A stretch of DNA of 64,000 nucleotides from an uncultured beta proteobacterium (GTDB lineage Bacteria; Pseudomonadota; Gammaproteobacteria; Burkholderiales; Gallionellaceae): contig CAVRDK010000004.1 in assembly GCA_963719855.1 (NCBI GenBank), positions 938,776 through 1,002,775 of the forward strand, given 5' to 3'. The notes under the pieces are model-generated. The model had not been told where the DNA came from and made no database searches. It saw only the letters and a list, made by a program, of their open reading frames with translations. Both the position numbers and the translations under genes were made by a program. This document shows positions 8,872 through 18,045 of this stretch, in pieces. Every line of letters begins with the position of its first letter. The first letter of the stretch is position 1.

Positions 8872-11019
8872 ATGGAAAATAACACGTCAAACGCACCAAC
8901 GGAAATCCTGATTGTTGAAGACAGTTTGGTGGAAGCCGAATTGCTCCGTCGTATTCTGGTCAAGGCAGGCTATCAGGCCAGGCTGGCAAAGGACGGCAAG
9001 GAAGGTTTGCAAGCCTTGAGCGAGCATCCCTGCGCGCTGGTGATCAGCGACATCCAGATGCCACTGATGGACGGCTACGAACTATGCCACGAGATCAAAC
9101 ACAACGAAAAATTATGGAATATTCCAGTCATCCTGGTGTCGGCTCTGTCCGAAACGGAAGACATCATCAAGGCGCTCAATGTCGGTGCCGACAGTTACCT
9201 TGCCAAGCCTTGTGTCGAAGCTAACCTGCTGGCCCGTATCCATTCCCTGCTGGTCATTCCGATCCAAAGGAACCGTTCGGAAGAACGACGTGCCGAACAA
9301 GTGGAATATAACGGCAAAAACTACACCATCACCACCGACAGCCGACAGATGCTGAACCTGCTGCTGTCGGTGTACGAGAATACCCTGTCCCAGAATCAGG
9401 AACTGGTCAGTACCCAAGCCCAGCTCAACCGTCTTAATAATTTTCTGGAGGATCAGGTGCAAAACCGCACTGCGGCACTGCAGGAAAGCGAGGCACGCTA
9501 CAGGCGTATTACCGAGGGACTCACGGATTACCTATATACGGTACGCATCGAAAACGGGCGTGCCGTGGAAACCAATCAAAGCCCAGCCTGCGTGACGGTG
9601 ACTGGGTACAAACCGGAAGATTTTTCCGCAAATCCCGACCTGTGGATACAGATGGTCGTTCCGGAGGATCGTGAATTGGTCAAGGAGCATGTGATCCAGA
9701 TTTTGGCGGGGAATGATGTCTCACCCATGGAGCATCGCATCATCCGGAAAGACGGGGAAATACGCTGGGTGAGCGACACGACCATCCTGTTTAAGAACGC
9801 CTCCGAAAAATTGCTGTCCTATGACGGTGTGATTAAGGACATCACCGAGCACAAGCAGGCGGAAATCGCGCTCAGCCACTCCAACCGCGCTCTTGCTACC
9901 GTAAGTAAGGTAAACCGCAAATTGGTCTATATCACCGACGAGGATGAGCTTTTGCAGGCAATCTGCCAAATCATCGTGGAACACGGTTACCGGATGGCAT
10001 CGATAGGCTATGCACAACAGGACGCGGACAAGACCATCAGGATCATTGCGTATGCCGGTCATGACGGAGGTTATCTGGATGCCCTGCAACTCACTTGGGC
10101 GGAGAGCGAACGCGGCATGGGGCCGAGTGGACGCGCCATCCGCAGCGGCGCGACACAGGTGTGCCAGAACATCGCCAGCGATCCGCGTTATTTGCCTTGG
10201 TTCGATGCGGCGGTGCAACAAGGTTATGCGTCCAGCATTGCGCTGCCGCTGCTGAATGCGGACAACATTGTGTCCGCCGTATTGAACGTATATTCCGATG
10301 AAGCGGATGCCTTCATTCCCAACGAAATTGAACTGTTGGAAGAAATAGCGGGGGATTTGGCATTCGGGCTGCGCACGTTGCATGTCCGTCACGAACGCGA
10401 TCTGGCGGAGGATAAAAACCAGCATTATCTCGCGCAATTGAAAGAGAGTCTGGATGATACTGTGCGGGCGATTGCCGACATCGTTGAAATGCGCGATCCT
10501 TACACTTCAGGTCACCAGACCAAGGTGGCCGATCTGGCCGCAGCCATTGCCAGGCAAATGGGATTGCCGGATGAACAGGTGCAGGCTATTCATCTCGCGA
10601 GCATCGTGCATGACTTGGGAAAAATCAAAATCCCGGCGGAAATACTGAGCAAGCCGGGAAGGCTTAGCGACATCGAGTTCCAGTTTATCAAAGCCCATCC
10701 GCAAGCGGGTTATGACATTTTGAAGGGAGTTCATTTCCCTTGGTCTATCGCGCAGATGGTGTTACAGCACCATGAACGAATCGATGGGTCGGGCTATCCG
10801 CAAGCACTCAAGGGCGATGCCATTATGCTCGAAGCGCGTATTCTCAGTGTGGCGGACGTGGTCGAGGCTATGTCCTCGCACCGCCCCTACCGCCCCGCGT
10901 TGGGTACTGAGGCAGCACTGGAAGAGATTACCAAACATCGCGGCATTTATTTCGACCCGCAAGTGGTGGACGCCTGCCTGATCCTGTTCAGGGGAAATGG
11001 ATTTGCTTTCAAGGCATGA
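8872..11019 (+). CDS. response regulator with REC-PAS-GAF-HD-GYP architecture (predicted c-di-GMP phosphodiesterase)
   Basis: 715 aa. It has REC (ISDIQMPLMDG), PAS (EARYRRITEGLTDYLY...), a GAF-like region, and HD-GYP (IVHDLGKIKIP ... LQHHERIDGSGYP). Confidence 0.85.
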   Translation: MENNTSNAPTEILIVEDSLVEAELLRRILVKAGYQARLAKDGKEGLQALSEHPCALVISDIQMPLMDGYELCHEIKHNEKLWNIPVILVSALSETEDIIKALNVGADSYLAKPCVEANLLARIHSLLVIPIQRNRSEERRAEQVEYNGKNYTITTDSRQMLNLLLSVYENTLSQNQELVSTQAQLNRLNNFLEDQVQNRTAALQESEARYRRITEGLTDYLYTVRIENGRAVETNQSPACVTVTGYKPEDFSANPDLWIQMVVPEDRELVKEHVIQILAGNDVSPMEHRIIRKDGEIRWVSDTTILFKNASEKLLSYDGVIKDITEHKQAEIALSHSNRALATVSKVNRKLVYITDEDELLQAICQIIVEHGYRMASIGYAQQDADKTIRIIAYAGHDGGYLDALQLTWAESERGMGPSGRAIRSGATQVCQNIASDPRYLPWFDAAVQQGYASSIALPLLNADNIVSAVLNVYSDEADAFIPNEIELLEEIAGDLAFGLRTLHVRHERDLAEDKNQHYLAQLKESLDDTVRAIADIVEMRDPYTSGHQTKVADLAAAIARQMGLPDEQVQAIHLASIVHDLGKIKIPAEILSKPGRLSDIEFQFIKAHPQAGYDILKGVHFPWSIAQMVLQHHERIDGSGYPQALKGDAIMLEARILSVADVVEAMSSHRPYRPALGTEAALEEITKHRGIYFDPQVVDACLILFRGNGFAFKA

Positions 11020-11031
11020 CCTTCTCCGTCC

Positions 11032-12444
11032 ATGAACAACACGACTCAACTTGACGAATTTAAGCAACTGCTCGCGCAGAGAATTGGCCTGCGCGTTCCA
11101 CCCGATGCACACGAGCGCTTTGTCGGCATGCTGCATGAGCGTGCTGCACGCCTGGGCTACGCCACACTGGAAGAATACCAAATTTTTCTGGTTGGCGATG
11201 AGGCAGCCGGGGAATGGGAGGAGTTCGCCCGTGTTTTGACCAGCGGCGAGACATTTTTCTTCCGCGATCAAGGGCAATTCGACCTGTTACGCTTGCGCCT
11301 GCTCCCCGAACTGATAGCACGGCATCGCAATGACAAAACCCTGCGTCTGTGGAGTGCGGGCTGCGCCAGCGGCGAGGAGGCTTATTCCTTGTCCATGCTG
11401 ATTGACATGCTGCTGCCGGAACACAGTGATTGGAATGTACTTATACTCGGTACTGACATTGATTCCATGTCGATTGCCAAGGCGCGGCATGGGCGTTATG
11501 GGCAGTGGTCGTTCCGCATGATTCCAGCAGCATTGCAACAGCGTTATTTTCATGAGGAGGGTAACGAGTGGGTGCTAGATGAGCGCATACGCCGCATGGT
11601 GAAGTTCCGTGTTATCAATCTGGTCAGTGAGACGTTTCCAAATTCCGGATCGGAACTGCATGATATGGATTTGATCCTGTGCCGCAATGTATTCATCTAC
11701 TTCGACTCCGCCGCCGTAAAAGCCATCGTGACGAAATTTGCTGCCACCCTTTCCGAGGGCGGTTATCTGATGACAGGACATACTGAACTTATCGGCCAGA
11801 GGGTGCTGGGACTGGAACACAGACTTTTTGCCGAGGGCGTAGTGTATCAACGACATAATTGCCTGCCTGCTTGTGTTGCACCACCTCCTGTCCCGTCAAT
11901 TGCTGCCGAGTGGATTGCGCCTTTCTTGCCGGTGCATACCTTTCCTGTCGACGAGGCTCGAAGCGAGGAGATGCAGGTATTGCCGCAAGCAAGGAACCAT
12001 GACAAAGTGCTCGGGACTTCGGCACGGACATATGCCGACAGGGGTGAGTATGAGCTGGCGGAGCAGATGTGTCGTGAATCGATAGCAACAGACCCGTTGG
12101 CGGCAGCCCCTTATTTTTTATTGGCACAATTATCCCAACTCAAGGGGGACTTCGAACAAGCAAAGGGATGCTTGAACAAAGCCATTTACAACGATCAACG
12201 GTTTGTGGCTGCGTACCTTGAATTGGCGGCTCTACATGAACGCTCTGGGGATATGTCGCGAGCGCTGGCCATGCGGCATGCCGCTTTGAGGATCGTTCGC
12301 ACCATGCCGAACGACGAGCAGATCGAGCAATATGAAAGAACAGCGGGGGAACTGGCGCAATGGCTCGCACAGTTTGATTCGTTGGCGAATAACTACGGCA
12401 GTGCTGACGGGAATCATGTCAGGAGCATGCAACATGGACAATAA
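11032..12444 (+). CDS. cheR: chemotaxis methyltransferase CheR fused to C-terminal TPR repeats
   Basis: 470 aa with CheR motifs (FFFRDQGQF, LRLWSAGCASGEEAYS, LCRNVFIYF). The C-terminus has TPR-like repeats (ADRGEYELAEQMCRESI..., QLKGDFEQAKGCLNKAI...). Confidence 0.85.
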   Translation: MNNTTQLDEFKQLLAQRIGLRVPPDAHERFVGMLHERAARLGYATLEEYQIFLVGDEAAGEWEEFARVLTSGETFFFRDQGQFDLLRLRLLPELIARHRNDKTLRLWSAGCASGEEAYSLSMLIDMLLPEHSDWNVLILGTDIDSMSIAKARHGRYGQWSFRMIPAALQQRYFHEEGNEWVLDERIRRMVKFRVINLVSETFPNSGSELHDMDLILCRNVFIYFDSAAVKAIVTKFAATLSEGGYLMTGHTELIGQRVLGLEHRLFAEGVVYQRHNCLPACVAPPPVPSIAAEWIAPFLPVHTFPVDEARSEEMQVLPQARNHDKVLGTSARTYADRGEYELAEQMCRESIATDPLAAAPYFLLAQLSQLKGDFEQAKGCLNKAIYNDQRFVAAYLELAALHERSGDMSRALAMRHAALRIVRTMPNDEQIEQYERTAGELAQWLAQFDSLANNYGSADGNHVRSMQHGQ

Positions 12445-12540
12445 TTCAGTTGGGTAAATACCCGGCCGGGGGACTCCGTTAGGTTTGACCGTTCCTGCGG
12501 TCATAAATAAAGAGCAACGTTAAAATTTGGCGACATTGTT

Positions 12541-12647
12541 CCCTCCCCCTTGTAGGGGGAGGGTTAGGGTGGGGGTAGAATCCAAGCATGAGCGTAGTCA
12601 AAATTTGTACCCCCATCCCAGCCTTCCCCCTATCAGGGGGAAGGAGG
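12541..12647. repeat. G/C-rich palindromic repeat (CCCTCCCCCTTGTAGGGGGAGGGTTAGGGTGGGGGTA ... TACCCCCATCCCAGCCTTCCCCCTATCAGGGGGAAGGAGG)
   Basis: Long inverted repeat between cheR and ald. The two 60-75-aa ORFs across it are repeat artefacts. Confidence 0.65.
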
Positions 12648-12793
12648 AAAACCAGCCGCCTTGGGCGGCTCACGGTTTTATCTGCCCTTTTGAGGGGTTC
12701 ACCCAATAAGCCTCCAGCTTTGCCGGAGGTAATTTAACTCCATCGGCGCACAGGCTGAGTCTCCAACATAATCCGAGTGAATAGAGGAAATAA

Positions 12794-13906
12794 ATGAAGA
12801 TTGGTGTTCCCAAAGAAATTAAGATGAATGAAAGCCGTGTTGCGCTGGTTCCCGCTGGGGTGGCTGCATTGGTTGCGGCCGGACATTCCGTATGGGTGGA
12901 AAGCGGCGCTGGGCTAGGTAGCGGTTTCAGCGATGAGAAGTATCTGAGCGCAGGTGCGCACATTGCGACCGATGCGGACTCCGTATGGGCTGAGGCGGAA
13001 TTGATCGTCAAGGTCAAGGAGCCGATCAAAACCGAATGGCCGCGTATTCGCGCTGGGCAAATTATTTTCACCTATTTTCATTTTGCGGCTGACCGGGAAT
13101 TGACAGTCGCTCACCTTGCATCTGGTGCGACCTGCATCGCCTACGAGACTGTGACCTTGCCGACGGGCGAATTGCCCTTGCTGACTCCAATGTCGGAAGT
13201 GGCAGGGCGCATGGCGGTACATGAAGGAGCGAAGTATCTGGAGAAATTATACGGTGGGCGCGGAATCCTGCTCGGCGGTGTACCCGGCGTGCTGCCAGCA
13301 CAAGTAGTCGTCCTGGGCGGTGGCGTCGTGGGCAGCAACGCCGCGCGCTTAGCGGCAGGACTCGGTGCACACGTTACGATACTGGATGTGTCGCTGGAGC
13401 GTCTGCGCTATCTTGACGAGGTGTTGCCTGCCAAAGTGCAGACGCTGTTCTCTAATCGCCATAACCTGTTAACGCAGATCGCCACCGCCGATCTCGTCAT
13501 TTGCTGTGTACTCATTCCGGGCGCGGCTGCCCCTAAGTTGATTCTCCGTGAAGATTTGAAGACGATGCGTGAAGGCTCGGTCATCGTGGATGTCGCGGTC
13601 GATCAGGGTGGCTGCGTAGCAACCACACACCCCACCACTCATCAGGATCCGATCTATATTGTCGACGGCGTGGTGCACTACGCTGTGGCTAACATGCCGG
13701 GCTGTCTGCCGCGCACTTCCACCCTTGCGCTCACAAACGCTACTTTCCCTTATCTGCTGCAACTGGCCAACAAGGGTTGGCAGCAGGCTCTACGCGACAG
13801 CATTCCGTTGCGTCAGGGATTGAACCTCATCGGAGGCGAGATTAGCTACCGTGCGGTGGCAGATGCATTTGGCTTGCCCTATTCTGCCGTTGAAGGTTTT
13901 CTCTAG
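12794..13906 (+). CDS. ald: alanine dehydrogenase
   Basis: 370 aa. [23 protein letters not shown] and the NAD-binding [14 protein letters not shown] are typical of Ald. Confidence 0.9.
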   Translation: MKIGVPKEIKMNESRVALVPAGVAALVAAGHSVWVESGAGLGSGFSDEKYLSAGAHIATDADSVWAEAELIVKVKEPIKTEWPRIRAGQIIFTYFHFAADRELTVAHLASGATCIAYETVTLPTGELPLLTPMSEVAGRMAVHEGAKYLEKLYGGRGILLGGVPGVLPAQVVVLGGGVVGSNAARLAAGLGAHVTILDVSLERLRYLDEVLPAKVQTLFSNRHNLLTQIATADLVICCVLIPGAAAPKLILREDLKTMREGSVIVDVAVDQGGCVATTHPTTHQDPIYIVDGVVHYAVANMPGCLPRTSTLALTNATFPYLLQLANKGWQQALRDSIPLRQGLNLIGGEISYRAVADAFGLPYSAVEGFL

Positions 13907-13919
13907 TGCTGAGAGTTAT

Positions 13920-15497
13920 ATGAAGCGCGATTTCTCCTTGTTGTGCGGCCACCAGTTCGACCTGCTGGTCTGCGGCGGCGGCATTTATGGTGCGTGGACG
14001 GCGTACGATGCAGCCTTGCGCGGCTTGAGTGTAGCCATAGTGGAACAAGGCGATTGGGCCTGTTCGACTTCCTCTGCTTCCAGCAAATTGATTCATGGCG
14101 GCCTGCGTTACCTGGAGACCTATAACTTCAGGCTGGTTAAAAAAGCGTTGCGCGAACGGGAAATGTTGCTGGAAGCGGCGCCGCATCGCGTGTGGCCGCT
14201 ACGCTTCGGTGTGCCGGTGTATGCGGACAGTCGCATCGGCACGGTTCAGTTGATGGCCGGGCTGACTTTGTATGACTTGCTTGCGGGCGGCTTAGGCTCG
14301 GAAATGAGGCATCATCACTTTGACGCTCAGGCTTTTGCAGATCGTTTCCCGTTTCTCAACCCCGGTAATTTGAAAGGCGGCTTTACCTATTCCGATGCAC
14401 AGACCGACGATGCGCGGCTGGTGCTGGAGCTGATAGACGGCGCGATGACGGCGGGGGCGGTGTGCTTGAACTATTGCAAGCTGACCGGCTTTCTCGAAAC
14501 AGATGGTCAGGTTTGCGGCGCAAAGGTTCAGGATCAACTCGATGGCATTGCCGCAGAAATTCTTGCCCATCAAATCGTCAACGCTACCAGTCAGTGGATA
14601 ACGACAACGCAGGAAGGCAGGGGCTGGTGCCGCCTGACCAAGGGCATACATTTGTTGTTGCCGGCGGTGCTGGATGAAGAGGCTTTGCTGCTGACAGCCC
14701 AATCCGATGGCCGGGTTTTCTTCATGATCCCGTGGTATGGACTCACCCTCATCGGCACCACCGATACGGATTATCAGGGCGACATTAATCACGTCGCCGT
14801 CGAAGAGGCCGATGTTGCCTATTTGCTTGCCGAAACCAACCATTATCTCAGGACGGCGTGGACTGAGGCTGACGTCATCGGCAGTTACGCGGGGGTGCGC
14901 GTAATGAAGCATGACGACAAATCATCCCCCTCCGCCTCCAGCCGCGAATGGGAATTAAAAACTGCGAGCAACGGCGTGCATTATTCCGTCGGCGGGAAAA
15001 TTACCTCGGCGCGAGAAGATGCCGCTCACATCGTAAATGCAGTTTGCGCGCAACTCGGCGTTAATGCACCGTGTCCAACTAAAGGAAAGAAATTCCCATG
15101 GGCGCCGGATGAAGATTATTGCGCATGGCTGCCTGCTACAAGCGACCAGGCAAGCCAACTCGACGTTGATGAGGGGAGCGCCAAGTGGCTTATCCGTCGG
15201 CATGGCAAACGAGTAGATGAAATTTTCCGTATTATCGGGAGCAATTCCCAGATGGCAGAACGCATCATGCCTGCGCTGCCGTTCATTTACGCCGACCTGT
15301 TATGGAGCGCACGCAATGAAATGGTCGTTCATCTGGATGACCTGCTACGCCGCCGCATGCCGCTGCTGATTCTGGCGAAGCTAACTGAAAACGATTTACG
15401 GCGTATCGCTGCTTTCGTTGCCACCACGCTTGGCTGGGATGAGGCAGCGCTAAATTATGAAATCGAAGCCTGTCGCCAACTATGGCTACACCCATAA
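13920..15497 (+). CDS. glpD: FAD-dependent glycerol-3-phosphate dehydrogenase-like oxidoreductase
   Basis: DLLVCGGGIYGAWTAYDAALRGLSVAIVEQGDWACSTSSASSKLIHGGLRYLE matches the GlpD N-terminus. ATG 13920 lies just after the ald stop; the ORF-track start at 13851 overlaps ald. Confidence 0.8.
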   Translation: MKRDFSLLCGHQFDLLVCGGGIYGAWTAYDAALRGLSVAIVEQGDWACSTSSASSKLIHGGLRYLETYNFRLVKKALREREMLLEAAPHRVWPLRFGVPVYADSRIGTVQLMAGLTLYDLLAGGLGSEMRHHHFDAQAFADRFPFLNPGNLKGGFTYSDAQTDDARLVLELIDGAMTAGAVCLNYCKLTGFLETDGQVCGAKVQDQLDGIAAEILAHQIVNATSQWITTTQEGRGWCRLTKGIHLLLPAVLDEEALLLTAQSDGRVFFMIPWYGLTLIGTTDTDYQGDINHVAVEEADVAYLLAETNHYLRTAWTEADVIGSYAGVRVMKHDDKSSPSASSREWELKTASNGVHYSVGGKITSAREDAAHIVNAVCAQLGVNAPCPTKGKKFPWAPDEDYCAWLPATSDQASQLDVDEGSAKWLIRRHGKRVDEIFRIIGSNSQMAERIMPALPFIYADLLWSARNEMVVHLDDLLRRRMPLLILAKLTENDLRRIAAFVATTLGWDEAALNYEIEACRQLWLHP

Positions 15498-15545
15498 CGG
15501 TGGCTTGGCTCCCATTTATTTATCATTAACATTTCGGGGTTAACG

Positions 15546-16070
15546 CTACATCCCGATGCCAAACGTTTCCCCTATCAGCGTCAAAAATTCCGCACTGTCC
15601 CATTCATGGGATCCCCGGACTTTCCTGAGCACGCGGCCATGAGCGTCCACCAACAGGGTCAAAGGAATAGTATTGGCGCCCAGCATGTTTTCCAAAAATA
15701 CTTTGCTATCAATAAAGGTCTCAAATGAAACGTTCGCTTGTTTGATATAAGCTGCAGCAGCATTTTCATCGTCGTCGGTCGAGATTCCGATCACCTGAAA
15801 CTTCCTTCCGCCATACTTACGTGCAAGCCGATCCAGTGATCCCATTTCTTCCCGGCAGGAGCCGCACCAGCTGGCCCAGACGTTGATAATCAGGGGCTTC
15901 CCATGGAACTCGGAAAACTTGCGGGATTTGCCAATCAATCCATGCAAGGTCGCTTCGCGCAAGTAGCTGCCAACTATAACCTCGCCGGGCGTGTTCGCAA
16001 ATGCGGGCGTGAAAATTCCGCATAGCCAGAATAGGATGAGAAGGGTTGCTTTCACGTTTCGATTCGCCAA
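15546..16070 (-). CDS. TlpA/ResA-like thiol:disulfide oxidoreductase (thioredoxin fold, secreted)
   Basis: 174 aa with a signal peptide and the CxxC motif WASWCGSC. The start (TTG 16070 or GTG 16055) is uncertain. Confidence 0.75.
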   Translation of the reverse strand: MANRNVKATLLILFWLCGIFTPAFANTPGEVIVGSYLREATLHGLIGKSRKFSEFHGKPLIINVWASWCGSCREEMGSLDRLARKYGGRKFQVIGISTDDDENAAAAYIKQANVSFETFIDSKVFLENMLGANTIPLTLLVDAHGRVLRKVRGSHEWDSAEFLTLIGETFGIGM

Positions 16071-16097
16071 TTTGTTGAATTCTCCTTAATGATATGA

Positions 16098-16238
16098 GGG
16101 AGCCTCTAGAAATTCAATTTTCTAAGTCAGACAAGGCGCGATTAAAAAATTGCGACGACGCATATAATTGATATGTTAGAAGTAATTTTTTATGAGCAAC
16201 GCGGTATGGCGACGAAAATTGGATTTATAGAGGTTCCC
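16098..16238. mobile_element. MITE-like element, copy 1 (141 bp, about 25-bp terminal inverted repeats)
   Basis: The left TIR is GGGAGCCTCTAGAAATTCAATTTTC. The right end GAAAATTGGATTTATAGAGGTTCCC is its reverse complement. The internal sequence is near-identical to 23578-23873. Confidence 0.65.
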
Positions 16239-16255
16239 ATGAGTAAAACAAAAGG

Positions 16256-17071
16256 TTAAAGCGGGGGCGCACCGGTTACGCGCCACGTTAAATATACTGC
16301 GCCTGCCGCGCACGCCAGAGTGACGGTAGACAGTAGCACAGACTGTAACCACAACGCCTGTTTTGCTGGCAGCGGAATTTTGGCGGCTACTGGAATGACG
16401 GCTAGAACCGGCAGCGCATACCACGGTAATTCTGAGGTCAGCACGGCGAGGCAACCGGACAGTCCGGCGATGAGTGACAACGGCAGAGTGTAGCTGCGAC
16501 CACAAGGCAAGGGGCTGTTGGTCAACATCTGGATCAGCAGGTAAGCGCCCGCCGCCGCGCCAAGCGCCAGGCCGAACTGCCCGGGCAGAGCGGAAGCGCC
16601 GAACAGTGCGGCGGTGCCTGTACCCAGCCCCAGCGCCATGCCCGCGCTTCCGGCACGCAGCGATGCGTCATTCAGACCATCGAACCAGAACACCAGCCAG
16701 CCGACATAAAGTGCGCAGCCCGCACCCCACATCAGCATGTGCGTCATTTCCTGTTGTTGCAGGATGCGCAACACCACCCACACTGCCGCACCGCCGCCTG
16801 CCACAGCCAGCAGCGGGCGCAACCAGCGCGGATTGAGCAGCATCAGCGGCAAGGCCAGACCGGCGGAGAGCAAGCCCAGCAACACAATTTTGCGCGAGGC
16901 GGTGAGAGGCTCAATGGAAAAGTCGCTTGCCAAGTAAATAGTGACGGCAAACCCGGCGATGATCGCCAAGCCGCTCAAACGCATGCGCAGAAACAGCTCC
17001 GCCACGATCAAGGCGATGACGAAAGGTGCGAGGCCGCCTTGTACGGCGGGATGGTTTAGCAACTCCTGCAT
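16256..17071 (-). CDS. polytopic inner-membrane protein of unknown function
   Basis: 271 aa, highly hydrophobic (about 8 predicted helices). It lies 13 bp downstream of the CDGSH gene on the same strand. No diagnostic motif was found. Confidence 0.5.
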   Translation of the reverse strand: MQELLNHPAVQGGLAPFVIALIVAELFLRMRLSGLAIIAGFAVTIYLASDFSIEPLTASRKIVLLGLLSAGLALPLMLLNPRWLRPLLAVAGGGAAVWVVLRILQQQEMTHMLMWGAGCALYVGWLVFWFDGLNDASLRAGSAGMALGLGTGTAALFGASALPGQFGLALGAAAGAYLLIQMLTNSPLPCGRSYTLPLSLIAGLSGCLAVLTSELPWYALPVLAVIPVAAKIPLPAKQALWLQSVLLSTVTLACAAGAVYLTWRVTGAPPL

Positions 17072-17083
17072 TTGTTCTCCTGG

Positions 17084-17320
17084 TTACAGCGCTTTATGCG
17101 TGCCGTCGCAGAATGGCGAACCCTTGGTGGCTCGGCAACCGCAAAGATACTTGGTTTCTTTCTCGGCGATGGTGAATTTTACCGGATTAATCTCGGTTCC
17201 AGAATGAGCACCATCGCAGAACGGCTGGTTCTTGGACAGGCCGCACGCGCACCAGTAGTGGTCGCCGGGTTCGAGTTCAACTGCATAAGGGCTTTTTTGT
17301 GTGCATACGGGTTTGGTCAT
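17084..17320 (-). CDS. CDGSH-type iron-sulfur domain protein (two CDGSH motifs)
   Basis: 78 aa with the motifs CACGLSKNQPFCDGAH and CGCRATKGSPFCDGTH. Confidence 0.8.
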   Translation of the reverse strand: MTKPVCTQKSPYAVELEPGDHYWCACGLSKNQPFCDGAHSGTEINPVKFTIAEKETKYLCGCRATKGSPFCDGTHKAL

Positions 17321-17353
17321 GATTTTTCCTTTTTGGTGGTTGCAGGTATTGCA

Positions 17354-17808
17354 TTATGGTACGGGTGAATCTTTGATATTGGCTGCGGAAAGCGCTATGC
17401 GCAGCCGCTGCAGCGCGTCTTTCGTGCTATCCAGATCTTCTTGCGAAAATGTGACAAAAGCCTGCCCAATATGCTTCAGGTGTGCCGGAAATATCTTGGC
17501 AAAAAGTATTTCTCCCTTGCGCGTCAGCTGCACGGTCTGGCTGCGCCCGTCGCAGGGCGACGCGACGCGCCGCACCAGATTCTTGGCCTCCAGGCGATCC
17601 ACCACGCCGGTGAGCGTGCCCTTGGTAATCAGGGTTTTTCGCCCAACTCCTTGAAGTTAATGCCGTCCGTATTGCCCAGCGTGGCAACGATGTCAAACTG
17701 CGACGGGGTAAGACCAAGGGTGCGAATGTGGCTTGCCGAAAAGGACTCAAATTCCTGATAGGCCCTGGCAAGTTCGCGCAGCACCGGAATAAAGGATTTA
17801 TGTGACAT
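17354..17808 (-). pseudogene. MarR-family transcriptional regulator with a frameshift in a homopolymer
   Basis: The N-terminal 59 codons (MSHKSFIPVLRELARAYQEF...NFKELGEKP*) start at 17808. The remainder (TLITKGTLTGVVDRLEAKNLVRRVASPCDGRSQTVQLTRKG...) is in another frame. One base is missing in the run at 17635-17639. Confidence 0.65.
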
Positions 17809-17820
17809 GATCTCTCAACA

Positions 17821-17857
17821 AGTTCTAGTTAGTACATTTTAAGTTCTAGTTAGAACT
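17821..17857. promoter_or_regulatory. putative MarR operator: two copies of AGTTCTAGTTAG, the second a perfect palindrome
   Basis: AGTTCTA-GT-TAGAACT sits at 17842-17857 and a degenerate copy at 17821-17836. Both lie 13-50 bp upstream of the marR start codon. Confidence 0.4.
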
Positions 17858-17938
17858 CAAAGTCAAGAAATCAATGGCAATTAATTTTCACGTAAACGCT
17901 CCAACGTAGCGGATGAATTTGCTGTCTGGATATGACCC

Positions 17939-17966
17939 CTTGAAATTTTTGCGGCTTGCCCAATAT
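17939..17966 (+). promoter_or_regulatory. putative sigma-32 (RpoH)-type promoter of htpX
   Basis: CTTGAAA (17939-17945), a 13-nt spacer, then CCCAATAT (17959-17966). Compare the consensus CTTGAAA-N13/14-CCCCATNT. It lies about 80 bp upstream of htpX. Confidence 0.4.
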
Positions 17967-18045
17967 TGGCTGCTGAGGGTGGTGATGGTAAGCTGCCCGC
18001 GTTTTGTTTTATAGAGGCTCCCTTTGGTTTGATGGAGACAAGAAC

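Noticed and set aside
12479-12709. Two 60-75-aa ORFs on opposite strands between cheR and ald
   Set aside because: Both are translations of a G/C-rich palindromic repeat (PPPCRGRVRVGV type peptides). They have no coding signal.
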